From: a virus | Taxonomy: Duplodnaviria; Caudoviricetes | Direction: 5' to 3' (one strand) | DNA length: 64,000 bases | Virus record (IMG/VR): IMGVR_UViG_3300043427_002668 | In this document: positions 43,351 through 54,339 of the stretch, one piece after another | Layout: every line of letters begins with the position of its first letter | Numbering within the stretch: position 1 is the stretch's first letter | Position numbers and translations under genes: made by a program | Notes under the pieces: model-generated | What the model saw: only the letters and a program-made list of their open reading frames with translations | Databases searched by the model: none | What the model was told of the DNA's origin: nothing

Positions 43351-46300
43351 ATGCCACAGGAAACTAACCTCAACGTATCACCATATTTTGATGATTTTGA
43401 TCCAGAAAAAAATTATCATAAGGTTCTTTTCAAACCGGGTTATCCAATCCAGGCTAGAGAATTAACTACATTACAATCAATTCTCCAAAATCAAATTGAG
43501 CAACAGGGAAAGCATTTATTTCAAGAAGGATCTGTTGTAATTCCAGGAAAAGTTAGAATTGATAGTCCTTTATCTGCAGTAGAAATTGAAAGTACTTATA
43601 TAGGAACGCCAGTATCTCTATACTTTGACAAACTTTTAGGGAAAAAACTAAAAGGATCAACAAGTGGAGTTTTGGCCGAAGTTGTTTATACGTTAAGGTC
43701 AGTTGATTCTCAAAGAAATAACTTTACTTTATATTTAAAGTATCTTGAGTGTGGTGGTCCTCAATTAGAAAATAAGACTTTTTTTGATGGTGAGACTTTA
43801 ATTTTACAATCTTCTCTGACTTACGGAGAATTGGGATTTACTATTCAATCCGGTGAAGGAATTTGTAATACTATAAGCAATAATTCAAATTCGTTTGGGT
43901 CATCAGCAATAGTTTCTGATGGAGTTTATTTTGCTCGCGGGCATTTCGTGTCGGTAAAAGAGCAAAGAATAATATTAGATCAATATAGTTCTTCACCATC
44001 TTATAAAATAGGTTTTAATGTACTAGAGAGTATAGTCTCTTCAGACGATGATCCATCACTTTCTGATAACGCAAAGGGATTTTCAAACTACACTGCTCCA
44101 GGAGCAGATAGATTAAAAATTGAACTAATCCTTGAAAAAAGAGGTATATTGGAATCTCCTGATAATTTTATCGAAATTATCAGAATTGAAAACGGAAATC
44201 CAATTTTTAAAAAAGAATCAACTCAATATAGTTTAATCAGAGATGAGTTAGCAAGAAGAACATTCGATGAATCTGGAGATTATTTTGTAAGACCCTTTAC
44301 AGTTTTTGTTAGGGACACTTTAAATGATAGAACTAGAACTGATGGATTATATTATAAAAATCAATTAACTTCTACAGGTGTTGCTCCATCCGACGATTTG
44401 ATGATCTATCAAATTGGACCAGGAAAAGCTTATGTAAATGGTTACGATATTGAAAAAATATCTTCATCAGAAGTTATAGTAGAAAAACCAAGAACCACAA
44501 AAACTATAGAAAATGAAGTTCTTAGGTATGATGCTGGAACTTCATTGGTTTTGAATAGAGGGTATGGATCTCCGGTTGTTGGATTAGGAACAACATCATA
44601 TGTCGAATTAAAAGATTCTAGAATTGGCGTATCTTCTCATAGTGCTTCAGGAAATACTATTGGTGTTGCTAGAGTATATGATTTTGTTCCAGAAACGGAT
44701 TATGTTAATGACACAAGTAGACTTAATGTAAGATTATTTGATATTCAAACTTATACAAAAGTTGGATTAACTACTAATATTTCTTCATTATCAACTCCAG
44801 CTTTAATTAGAGGTAAAAAAAGTAAAGCTTCTGGATACTTGTCTTCAAGTATAAGTAATTCAAGAATTTTAACACTTTATAATGTTTCTGGTTCATTTTT
44901 AGAGAATGAACCAATTTCAATTAATGGAATTGATGACGGTAGACTTATTAATGAAGTAATCGACTATAATATATCAGATATAAAATCAATATACTCCACA
45001 ACTGGAATTTCAACATTTAATGCGGATGTTGTATTATCACAGAAGACTCCAATTGCACCCCTCGGAACCAAGTTTAAAATAACAGGTTCTTCTTCTGGCA
45101 TCAGTACCGTATCTGCCGGAATTGACGTTGTTTTTACTAATCAAATTAAAGTTGGAGATATAGTTTCATATGCTAGCACCACATTAACTGGAGACACTAT
45201 ATACAATAAAGTTGAAAGTGTTTCTAATGATGGTCTTTCTTTCAATATTTCAGGAATTACAACGATATCTGGAATATGCAATGGTTCTCTACCATCATCT
45301 ACCGTAGAAGTCAACAATATCATTAAGGTATTTGGATTATCAGATTCTACAAATTCATCTTTAATGACTAAATTGAGATTTGAAAATATTTCAAATGTAA
45401 ATTTAGAAAATCAAGAAATTTTACAAAGAAGATCATTTAATAATATATCTTTTTCTGGCAATTTTATTAGGTTAACTATCACCGAACCAGATTTATATTT
45501 TGCATCCTTCGATGAGGATAGATTTATTATTACATACTCAGATGGTATTATTGAACCAATGAGAATTGATAAGTATGATTTGGACACAACTGGCAAAATA
45601 TTAACCTTCTATGGTTTGACAAAAGCAAGTGGCACTGCAAATGTAATTACTACGGTAAGAAATGTAAAACCAAGTTATAAGATTAAAAAATTAAACAAGG
45701 CATCAACTTTAGTTGTAAATAAATCAATTAAAACTTCATCTGGAATAGGAACAACAACTTTAAATGATGGATTGACTTATAGTAATGTTTATGGTCTACG
45801 AGTTCAAGATCAAGAAATTTGCCTCAATGTTCCAGATGTAGTAAGAGTTATTGCTGTTTTTGAATCTACTAATAGTCAAGATCCAACTTTACCAAAAATT
45901 CAACTCACTGGATTTACAGGATCGTTTAACAACAATCAAGACTTTATAATAGGTGAGCAAATAATTGGGGAAAGTAGTGGAGCAGTTGCATTAGTTGTAA
46001 ATCGTTCGGCATCCGATTCTTTAGAATATGTCTATCTAAACGATAGTCAGTTTACTGTGGAAGAAAGAATTACTGGAGAACAATCAAGTAATAGTGCCAC
46101 AATTACTAGTGTAATTCTAACATCATCTAAAGATATAACTCAGAATTTTTATCTCGATGATGGTCAAAGACCATCATTCTATGATTATGGTAGAATAATT
46201 AGAAAAGAAAATACTGAAAATCCAATAGGAAAACTTAAAATAGTATTTCAAAATTATACTATTGATTCTGGAGACACTGGAGAGTTAATAACAGTAAATA

Positions 46301-49300
46301 GCTATCCTGCAGATGGATTTAAATATGATATACCAAATTATGGAAATTCCAGATCATCCGATTATATTGATTTAAGACCTAGAGTTTCCGAATTTACTTC
46401 TAGTTCGTATTCACCATTTGAATTTTCAGCAAGACGTTTTGATGGAGAAGGTCAATATTCAAAATATACATTATGTCCAGATGAAAATATTATAATATCA
46501 TATTCATATTACTTGCCTAGAACTGATTTATTATACTTAACTCCGGGCGGAAACTTTGAGGTTGCCAAGGGAACTCCAAATGAAATTCCAGTTGCTCCAA
46601 ATCTACCAACAAATACTTTAGATATCGCAAGAATAACTATTCCACCATATCTATTTAATGTTGAAAATGTAAAAGTCGATATATCTCAGCATAAGAGATA
46701 TAGAATGAGTGATATATCACTTCTAGAGGATAGGGTTGATAGACTAGAAAAATATACTACTTTATCAATGTTGGAATCTAAAACTGAAAGTTATTTAATA
46801 AAAGATGCTGCAACTGGATTAGATAGATTTAAGAGTGGTTTCTTTGTTGATAATTTTAGCTCTCATGTATATCACGATTTAGAAAATCCACTATTTAGAT
46901 GTTCTATTGATACTAGTTCAAATACTCTTAGACCTCCACATTATACCACATCATTAGATCTTCAACTCGGTACAGAATCTATTAATGGATTTACTGATGA
47001 ATATTCTTCAAATTCCGATCAAAGTTATCCAACTAACTTAGGATCAACTCAGGTTAGAAAAACCGGAGATTTAATCACTCTAAATTATAATGAAATATTA
47101 TATTCATATCAGAATCTTGCATCAACTACTGAAAATGTAAACCCTTATATTGTCGGTTATTGGGAGGGATCTATTACACTTAGACCCAGTTTTGAAAATT
47201 GGATTGAAGAAAAACTGGTTACCATAGAAAGTAAAGTAGATAAAACTTATACAAATGGAGTTACTATTCCCGGATCAAATACTGGTTTAAATAACTCTGA
47301 TAATATACCAGTTTATAACAATTCACCAAGTCATAATCAAGGAATTCCTGCTTTTGATTGGATTGCAAATGCCAAAGATGTGTTTGGAGATACACTTTTA
47401 TTAGGAAGACATTCTAAACTTAATAGAAAGGGTAGTTCAATCTATACAGCATGGAAGCGTAATAAGCATCTTGGAATTGGAAGTAAATACAATAGAAAAT
47501 CAATAGAACTAATTTCTCGTGATTTGGTTGATAGGAAATTAAGTTCCGGAATCGTGAATGGAAATACCATTCATATGGAATGGAACAAAAAAGTTCGCAA
47601 TGCTGATGCTTTCTTTGATATTGCAAATAAAGTTTTTCCACCAGATATAGCAAAAGATTTTCGTAGAAGAATTGAGACCTCTAGGACAAAGAAAAAACAA
47701 ATTATTTCTGCAGAATATACTCCAAATCAAGGTACTGGAATTAATCCTAATACCAATATAGGTGCAGGTAATGGTACTGGATCCGGATCAAACTCTGGTG
47801 GAGGATCTATCGCAAATGATGGAATAACTATTATTGAAACAACGGAAACTACAGAATCAAATTACACCGAACAAATCAATTATTTGAGAAGTAGAAATAT
47901 TGAATTTGATATTACTGCATTAAAGCCAAGAACCAAATTTACCCCATTCTTTGAGTATGTGGATGTTTCTAGTTACATTATACCAAAGCTTCTTGAAATT
48001 AAAATGGTTTCTGGAGCATTCCAAATTGGAGAAACTGTAGAGAGTGACCCTCATTTTACTAGTTCTTTTATTAAGTTTAAGTTATGTGTACCTAATCATA
48101 AAACTGGAGCACATAACTTACCCCAGGAAACATACACATTAAATCCATATAATCAAACTTTATTCGAGACTGCATATTCACAATCTTCAACAGTATTAAA
48201 TGTTGATACAAGATCTTTACAATTAACCACTGAAGATTTTTATGGATCAGTCTCACCTGGAATGACTTTAAGAGGAAAATCTTCTGGTGCGGTTGCAAAA
48301 ATTACTGAGGTTCGTCTAATTTCAGATAATTCGGGAAGATTAATAGGTTCTCTCTTCATTCCAGATCCATCTGTAGTTGGAAATCCAAAATGGACTAATG
48401 GAGAAAACACTTTTAATGTAATTGACACTGATAGTAGTGCATCTACACAGTTTACCTCTTCAGGAAGACTTGATGTTACTGAAAGAAATATTATTACTAC
48501 AAGAAATATTATTATAAGACCAACTCCACCTCCACCCCCAACTCCTACACCTACACCTAATCCAAGTCCAAGACCAACACCTACTCCAGGACCAACTCCA
48601 GGACCAACTCCTACACCTACTCCCGAACCTACTCCCGAACCTACTCCCGAACCTACTCCCGAACCTACTCCTACTGTATCAAATATTGATGCCTATTGGG
48701 ATATTAATAGTCCAAGCTCCGGTAGATATACTGTTGATCTTGTTGTAACAGGAACAGGAACTGCTAGAATTTCTATTAGGCAAAAAATTGATGACGATCC
48801 AAATATTGCAGGTCAAATATATAAAAATCCACTCAGAATACCTTCACCAATATCTGATACCCTCTCATTCCCATGGAAATCTTCTGAAGATGAAACTAAG
48901 AGTGCTAAATTTACCGCAGGTAGATATAGAATGTTTACTGTCAATGCAAAAGGAGAAAGAATAACAGAAATTCCATTCCAAAAAACACCACAATATGGTA
49001 GAACTGAGGATAATGATAGGAATAAAAGAGTATTAATACTTAGAGATGGTTCCGGTAATGATACAAATGGAAGTTTTAGAATTACACGTATAGAACAACT
49101 TCCAATTAGTCAAACTGCAAATCCTAATTTCTGCAGAACTGATCCTCTAGCACAATCATTCTTTGTTGATGATGAAACTGGAATATTTGTAACTTCTGTT
49201 GATGTATTTTTTGAAACTAAGGATGAAAGTGTTCCTGTTACTTTACAACTTCGTCCAATGATTGCTGGTGTTCCAAGTAATGTAGTAATTCCATTCTCTG

Positions 49301-51636
49301 AGGTTACTTTAGATCCTGATGCGGTGACTGTATCTGCAGATGGAAGCATTGCGACTAGATTTGAATTCCCATCTCCAGTATATCTTTCTGGTCCACAAAA
49401 ACAAGTCACTAGATTTGGAGATTTTGAAAAGGACCAGTCTTCAGAATATTCTATTGTTTTACTGTCTAATAGTCCAAATTATAGAGTTTTCATTTCCCGT
49501 CTAGGTGAAGTAGATATTTCTACGCAAAATAGAATATCTACTCAACCAACACTAGGAAGTTTATTTAAATCCCAAAATGCTACTACTTGGACTCCTTCTC
49601 AGTTAGAAGATCTTAAATATAACCTATATCGTGCTTCCTTTGGCACTGAAGGTCTTGTCAGATTCTTTAATCCAAAACTCTCTGTAGGAAATCAAAAATC
49701 TACGGTGACTTCTGTAAACAGTTTTATCCCACTATCAAAGACAATTATTGTTGGATTGGGTTCTACTGGATATAACACCGCAAATGTAATTCCCGGAGTT
49801 ACTCTGTCTCAGGGTTCGGCAACAGGAAAACTTATTGGAATTGGTGCAAGTGCTACTCAGGCAATAGTGTCAAATGTCGGAATTGGTTATAGTATTGGAA
49901 CTTACACTAACATTTCGCTTGAAACTGAAACCGGATATGGAAGAGGAGCATTAGCAACAATTGGAATTACCACTGTAGGAGTAGCAACTGTTACTATTAC
50001 TTCTGGTGGACTTGGATACAGAATTGGGGATAGTGTAAAAATTCCAAGAATTCAAAATCTTGGGTATGGTGGTAGAGCAACTATTACATCAATAGGATCA
50101 AGCAACTCATTCATTATTGATGAAGTTCAGGGAACATTTAATTCTGGTATTTCAACAATTAATTATATTAATTCTTCCGGTATTACAACTCAAACAGGAA
50201 TTGGTGTTACAATATCTTCCATATTTGAAGATCAATATAATGATGGACTTCATATGAAAGTTCTTCATATGAATCATGGGATGCATTCGACAGAAAATTA
50301 CGTTAAAATCGAACAATTTAGACCAACTTCAGATGAAGTTAATTCAACTTTACTTGAGCAGGTAATAGAAACCGATACAACAATCACATTACAATCTGGT
50401 GCTGGTATCGGATTTACTAATTTTGAAGGTTCTTCCGTAAGTGCAACAAATCCAGGATATGTAATTATTGGAAATGAAGTCATTGGATATACGTCCGTTG
50501 CTGGAGATGCTTTAGTTACTTCATCAAACCTAAGAGGTATTGATGGAACTCCAATTCAATCTTATGCGGTTGGATCTCCGGTATTTAAATATGAATTTAA
50601 TGGAATTTCTTTAAGGAGAATTAATAAAGTTCATAATTTTGCTGAATCTGATGTAAATAATCATCCTATAGATTTCCATAGTTATTATATTAAAATTGAT
50701 ACAAGTGATACTGATTTTGATGGTATTGGTATAGGTTCAGATAGATCAAATAATCTATACTTCAAGAAGACTATCCAATCCGGAAGAGCTGGAACTATTT
50801 TATCAAATAACATTCAATACGAAGTTTTAGCTCCAAAAATCAATACTATTATTCCAGCTGGTTCTGATATGACTTCCAGGATAAGAACATTTACTGGAAC
50901 AAGTGTTGGAGGAAATGAAAAATCCTTTGTTGATGCAGGATACCAAGATCTTCCATTAAATGCTAGACTATATTTCCAGTCGCCTAGAATTATTTGCTCT
51001 GATATTAATGAGCAAAAGTTTATTACAGAATCTCCAGAAAGAAGATCATTTAGTATGGATGTCATTATGACATCTAATGATGAAAGAGTTTCTCCTGTAA
51101 TTGATCTTGTTCCACCGCCATCTTTAATATTAACTTCAAATTTACTGAATAACCCTGTTGGTTTAGAAGATGTTTCATTATATGCAAATGATGAAAAGGT
51201 AAGAGGAACTGAAAATGATCCACACTCTGCAGTTTATGTCTCAAGGCCGATTAATTTAGCAATCCCAGCAAATTCTATTAAAGTTATTCTTTCTGCTAAT
51301 AAGAATGAAACTAATGATATTAGAGTTTTATATAAAATCTATAGACCAGATGCCACCTTCGATGAAGAATCTTATGAATTATTCCCAGGTTATTCAAACT
51401 ATAAATTAAATGGGGTTGGAAACACCGTTGTAGATATGTCATTAAGTGACGGATCTTCAGATTTCTTTGTTAAGGAATCTAATGATGGTGAATTTAAAGA
51501 GTATGCTTATACTATTGATGGATTGCCAGATTTCACTGCTTTTGCGATTAAAATTGTTATGGCAGGAACGAATCAGGCTTCTCCACCTTTAGTTTCTCAA
51601 TTGAGAGCAATTGCAACTGCATTACCGAGGATTTGA
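43351..51636 (+). CDS. Large virion structural protein, VrlC/DUF4815-like (2761 aa)
   Basis: MPQETNLNVSPYFDDF...KVLFKPGYPIQARELTTLQSILQNQ; TAPGADRLKI; DPLAQSF. Confidence 0.8.
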   Translation: MPQETNLNVSPYFDDFDPEKNYHKVLFKPGYPIQARELTTLQSILQNQIEQQGKHLFQEGSVVIPGKVRIDSPLSAVEIESTYIGTPVSLYFDKLLGKKLKGSTSGVLAEVVYTLRSVDSQRNNFTLYLKYLECGGPQLENKTFFDGETLILQSSLTYGELGFTIQSGEGICNTISNNSNSFGSSAIVSDGVYFARGHFVSVKEQRIILDQYSSSPSYKIGFNVLESIVSSDDDPSLSDNAKGFSNYTAPGADRLKIELILEKRGILESPDNFIEIIRIENGNPIFKKESTQYSLIRDELARRTFDESGDYFVRPFTVFVRDTLNDRTRTDGLYYKNQLTSTGVAPSDDLMIYQIGPGKAYVNGYDIEKISSSEVIVEKPRTTKTIENEVLRYDAGTSLVLNRGYGSPVVGLGTTSYVELKDSRIGVSSHSASGNTIGVARVYDFVPETDYVNDTSRLNVRLFDIQTYTKVGLTTNISSLSTPALIRGKKSKASGYLSSSISNSRILTLYNVSGSFLENEPISINGIDDGRLINEVIDYNISDIKSIYSTTGISTFNADVVLSQKTPIAPLGTKFKITGSSSGISTVSAGIDVVFTNQIKVGDIVSYASTTLTGDTIYNKVESVSNDGLSFNISGITTISGICNGSLPSSTVEVNNIIKVFGLSDSTNSSLMTKLRFENISNVNLENQEILQRRSFNNISFSGNFIRLTITEPDLYFASFDEDRFIITYSDGIIEPMRIDKYDLDTTGKILTFYGLTKASGTANVITTVRNVKPSYKIKKLNKASTLVVNKSIKTSSGIGTTTLNDGLTYSNVYGLRVQDQEICLNVPDVVRVIAVFESTNSQDPTLPKIQLTGFTGSFNNNQDFIIGEQIIGESSGAVALVVNRSASDSLEYVYLNDSQFTVEERITGEQSSNSATITSVILTSSKDITQNFYLDDGQRPSFYDYGRIIRKENTENPIGKLKIVFQNYTIDSGDTGELITVNSYPADGFKYDIPNYGNSRSSDYIDLRPRVSEFTSSSYSPFEFSARRFDGEGQYSKYTLCPDENIIISYSYYLPRTDLLYLTPGGNFEVAKGTPNEIPVAPNLPTNTLDIARITIPPYLFNVENVKVDISQHKRYRMSDISLLEDRVDRLEKYTTLSMLESKTESYLIKDAATGLDRFKSGFFVDNFSSHVYHDLENPLFRCSIDTSSNTLRPPHYTTSLDLQLGTESINGFTDEYSSNSDQSYPTNLGSTQVRKTGDLITLNYNEILYSYQNLASTTENVNPYIVGYWEGSITLRPSFENWIEEKLVTIESKVDKTYTNGVTIPGSNTGLNNSDNIPVYNNSPSHNQGIPAFDWIANAKDVFGDTLLLGRHSKLNRKGSSIYTAWKRNKHLGIGSKYNRKSIELISRDLVDRKLSSGIVNGNTIHMEWNKKVRNADAFFDIANKVFPPDIAKDFRRRIETSRTKKKQIISAEYTPNQGTGINPNTNIGAGNGTGSGSNSGGGSIANDGITIIETTETTESNYTEQINYLRSRNIEFDITALKPRTKFTPFFEYVDVSSYIIPKLLEIKMVSGAFQIGETVESDPHFTSSFIKFKLCVPNHKTGAHNLPQETYTLNPYNQTLFETAYSQSSTVLNVDTRSLQLTTEDFYGSVSPGMTLRGKSSGAVAKITEVRLISDNSGRLIGSLFIPDPSVVGNPKWTNGENTFNVIDTDSSASTQFTSSGRLDVTERNIITTRNIIIRPTPPPPPTPTPTPNPSPRPTPTPGPTPGPTPTPTPEPTPEPTPEPTPEPTPTVSNIDAYWDINSPSSGRYTVDLVVTGTGTARISIRQKIDDDPNIAGQIYKNPLRIPSPISDTLSFPWKSSEDETKSAKFTAGRYRMFTVNAKGERITEIPFQKTPQYGRTEDNDRNKRVLILRDGSGNDTNGSFRITRIEQLPISQTANPNFCRTDPLAQSFFVDDETGIFVTSVDVFFETKDESVPVTLQLRPMIAGVPSNVVIPFSEVTLDPDAVTVSADGSIATRFEFPSPVYLSGPQKQVTRFGDFEKDQSSEYSIVLLSNSPNYRVFISRLGEVDISTQNRISTQPTLGSLFKSQNATTWTPSQLEDLKYNLYRASFGTEGLVRFFNPKLSVGNQKSTVTSVNSFIPLSKTIIVGLGSTGYNTANVIPGVTLSQGSATGKLIGIGASATQAIVSNVGIGYSIGTYTNISLETETGYGRGALATIGITTVGVATVTITSGGLGYRIGDSVKIPRIQNLGYGGRATITSIGSSNSFIIDEVQGTFNSGISTINYINSSGITTQTGIGVTISSIFEDQYNDGLHMKVLHMNHGMHSTENYVKIEQFRPTSDEVNSTLLEQVIETDTTITLQSGAGIGFTNFEGSSVSATNPGYVIIGNEVIGYTSVAGDALVTSSNLRGIDGTPIQSYAVGSPVFKYEFNGISLRRINKVHNFAESDVNNHPIDFHSYYIKIDTSDTDFDGIGIGSDRSNNLYFKKTIQSGRAGTILSNNIQYEVLAPKINTIIPAGSDMTSRIRTFTGTSVGGNEKSFVDAGYQDLPLNARLYFQSPRIICSDINEQKFITESPERRSFSMDVIMTSNDERVSPVIDLVPPPSLILTSNLLNNPVGLEDVSLYANDEKVRGTENDPHSAVYVSRPINLAIPANSIKVILSANKNETNDIRVLYKIYRPDATFDEESYELFPGYSNYKLNGVGNTVVDMSLSDGSSDFFVKESNDGEFKEYAYTIDGLPDFTAFAIKIVMAGTNQASPPLVSQLRAIATALPRI
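48520..48675 (+). repeat. Pro/Thr-rich linker with 4 perfect 12-bp tandem units (CCTACTCCCGAA, 48616-48663)
   Basis: Encodes PTPPPPPTPTPTP...PTPEPTPEPTPEPTPEPTPT. Confidence 0.95.
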
Positions 51637-51641
51637 TTTTT

Positions 51642-51866
51642 ATGGATTATATAAAAGTAAAAGATAAAAATAATTTATCTAGAGATATTGGTAATAATGC
51701 TATTATCAATACTGATATGAAAGGTTATAATGAATATAAAGAAAATTATAAAAGATTATATAATCAAAATAAAAGGATTAATGATCTTGAAAATAATGTA
51801 AATGAAATTAAAAGTGACTTAAATGAAATTAAAAATTTATTGAGGAATTTGGCAAATGGATCCTGA
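51642..51866 (+). CDS. Small coiled-coil protein
   Basis: YIKVKDKNNLSRD....AIINTD; C-terminal heptads. Confidence 0.7.
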   Translation: MDYIKVKDKNNLSRDIGNNAIINTDMKGYNEYKENYKRLYNQNKRINDLENNVNEIKSDLNEIKNLLRNLANGS

Positions 51867-52026
51867 CAAAATTTCGTTGGAAACAATGACAAAAATGTTT
51901 GAATATGAAAAACTTTCCAGAGATATAGATAGTATAAGTGATATTGAAACTTTGAGAGATCTTGCAAAGTCATATATTAAATTATACTTTAGTCAACAAG
52001 AAGTAATTTCTAGTCTTAGAATCTAA
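51856..52026 (+). CDS. Small helical protein (56 aa, not in ORF track)
   Basis: MDPDKISLETMTKMFEYEKLSRDID...YIKLYFSQQEV; TAATG-coupled to gp13. Confidence 0.65.
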   Translation: MDPDKISLETMTKMFEYEKLSRDIDSISDIETLRDLAKSYIKLYFSQQEVISSLRI

Positions 52027-52880
52027 TGGCACAACCATCTACCCGTCAAGAATTAATTGACTACTGCAAGAGAAAACTAGGTGCTCCGGTTTTAGAAATA
52101 AATGTTGCAGACGAACAGATTGAAGACCTGGTAGATGATGCGGTTCAGTTCTTTCAAGAGAGACATTTTGATGGAGTATATCCAACTTTTTATAAGTATA
52201 GAGTAACTCAAAATGATATTGACAGGGGTAGAGCAGGTTATGGTTCAAATGCAGCAAGTTCAGTAGGAATTGCCAGTACATCATTGACATCAGATATAGT
52301 TGGCGCTGCTACAACTTTTACATATTACGAAAATAGTAATTACTTACAAGTTCCACCAAACATTATTGGGGTAAATAAAATTTTTACTTTTGATGGTGCT
52401 AATACTATTACTCACAACATGTTTAGTGTTAAATATCAATTATTTTTAAATGATATTTACTACTGGGGAACTACAGAACTTCTTAGTTATGCTATGGTTA
52501 AGACATATCTAGAAGATTTGGACTTTTTATTGAATACCAATAAACAAATACGTTTTAATAAAAGACAAGATAGGTTATATCTGGATATAGATTGGGGTTC
52601 TGTTACTAAAGATCAATTTTTTGTAATTGATTGCTACTCAACTTTAGATCCAAATGATTATTCTAGAGTTTGGAATGATTCTTTCTTAAAACCATATCTG
52701 ACCTCATTGATTAAAAAACAGTGGGGGCAGAATATGATGAAATTTACTGGAGTAAAACTTCCTGGTGGGGTTGAACTTAATGGTAGGCAAATGTATGACG
52801 ATGCTCAGAGAGAAATTGACGTTTTAATGGAAAAAATGTCAAGTACCTACGAACTTCCACCTCTAGATATGATAGGTTAA
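52026..52880 (+). CDS. gp13: Neck protein gp13
   Basis: RQELIDYCKRKLGAPVLEINVADEQIEDLVDDA; QWGQN..KF.GVKLPGGVELNG. Confidence 0.95.
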   Translation: MAQPSTRQELIDYCKRKLGAPVLEINVADEQIEDLVDDAVQFFQERHFDGVYPTFYKYRVTQNDIDRGRAGYGSNAASSVGIASTSLTSDIVGAATTFTYYENSNYLQVPPNIIGVNKIFTFDGANTITHNMFSVKYQLFLNDIYYWGTTELLSYAMVKTYLEDLDFLLNTNKQIRFNKRQDRLYLDIDWGSVTKDQFFVIDCYSTLDPNDYSRVWNDSFLKPYLTSLIKKQWGQNMMKFTGVKLPGGVELNGRQMYDDAQREIDVLMEKMSSTYELPPLDMIG

Positions 52881-52884
52881 TCAT

Positions 52885-54306
52885 ATGCTTAATCCTTTTT
52901 TTCTTCAAGGATCAAAAACAGAGCAGGGTTTAATACAAGATCTTATCAACGAACAGTTGAGGATGTATGGTGTTGAAGTTCATTATTTACCTAGACAATA
53001 TATCACAGAAAAAACTGTCATTAGAGAAGTTATAGAATCTGAATTTAATAATGCATATCCAATAGAAGCATATGTAAACACATATGAAGGTTACTCAGAT
53101 AATCCTACTATTTTATCGAAATTTGGGATACAGGCTCTTAATGAAATAACCTTAACTATTTCTAGAGAAAGATTTAAAACTTATATATCTCCCCTAATTA
53201 AAAATCAACCAAATATTAAATTATCTTCAAGACCAAAAGAAGGTGATTTAATTTATTTTCCTTTGGGTAAACGATTATTTGAAATAAAATATGTGGAGCA
53301 TGAAAAACCGTTTTATCAACTTCAAGGATTATATACTTACGAATTAAGATGCGAATTGTTCCGCTATGAAGACGAACTGATTGATACAGGTATCGATGAT
53401 ATTGATGATTTGGGCAGCAGTGATGAAGATGGGGCAGGAATTACCACATCATTTAATCCATATGGAAATATTATTAATCTCACAATGGTTGGTTTTGGTG
53501 TAACCGCAACTGCAATTTCTTCCATTGTAAATGGTGGAGTAAGGTTTGTAACGATTACAAATAGGGGTGGAGGATACACAAGCACTCCTACAGTAGGATT
53601 TTCTTCTGCTCCCGCCGGAGGTCAGACAGCGAGTGCAATTGCTGAGATGATCGGTGGTATTGTAGTATGTAATAGTAATGTTAATCCACAAGCAAAATCA
53701 GTACAACAAGTTAAAATCACTAATGCTGGATATGGATATACAGTAACACCTGGCGTCAGATTTATAGGTGGTGGAGGTCGTGGTGCAACAGCTACTGCAA
53801 CACTTGGCGATGGAATAGTAGGCATTATAACAATTACAAATTCCGGATCTGGTTATGTATCTCCACCATCAATTACCTTTACCGGAATTTCTTCAGTTTC
53901 TGCTGCAGCAACTGCAGTGGTGTCTGCTGCCGGATCTATTACTGCAATTTATATCACAAATGCTGGATTAGGATACACAGAACCTCCTACCCTAACAATA
54001 GGAAATCCTGCACTAAATTCTACAGGAAACTTTATTTTCAACGAATTAGTAACTGGTTCCCAAAGTGGCGTAACTGCAAGAGTTAAATCTTGGAATTCTA
54101 TTACAAATGTTCTTCAAGTTTCTCAACTCACCGGAAGTTTTATTCCAGGAGAAAATATAGTAGGATCTGCATCTAGTGCTTCTCATTATTTGAGAAATAT
54201 TGATACATATGCCGCAAGGGATGGATTTGGTGCAAATGATGAAATTGAAGAAGAGGCAGACCAAATCATAGATTTTAGCGAAGTTAATCCATTTGGAATG
54301 CCATAG
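52885..54306 (+). CDS. gp14: Neck protein gp14 with inserted Gly/Thr-rich repeats
   Basis: LNPFF..G...EQ.LIQDLINEQLRMYG; VEHEKPFYQL; DFSEVNPFG. Confidence 0.92.
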   Translation: MLNPFFLQGSKTEQGLIQDLINEQLRMYGVEVHYLPRQYITEKTVIREVIESEFNNAYPIEAYVNTYEGYSDNPTILSKFGIQALNEITLTISRERFKTYISPLIKNQPNIKLSSRPKEGDLIYFPLGKRLFEIKYVEHEKPFYQLQGLYTYELRCELFRYEDELIDTGIDDIDDLGSSDEDGAGITTSFNPYGNIINLTMVGFGVTATAISSIVNGGVRFVTITNRGGGYTSTPTVGFSSAPAGGQTASAIAEMIGGIVVCNSNVNPQAKSVQQVKITNAGYGYTVTPGVRFIGGGGRGATATATLGDGIVGIITITNSGSGYVSPPSITFTGISSVSAAATAVVSAAGSITAIYITNAGLGYTEPPTLTIGNPALNSTGNFIFNELVTGSQSGVTARVKSWNSITNVLQVSQLTGSFIPGENIVGSASSASHYLRNIDTYAARDGFGANDEIEEEADQIIDFSEVNPFGMP

Positions 54307-54308
54307 CA

Positions 54309-54316
54309 TATAAATA
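54309..54316 (+). promoter_or_regulatory. Late promoter for gp15
   Basis: Perfect TATAAATA. Confidence 0.75.
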
Positions 54317-54339
54317 TTAATTAAACATGAGTTAATTGT

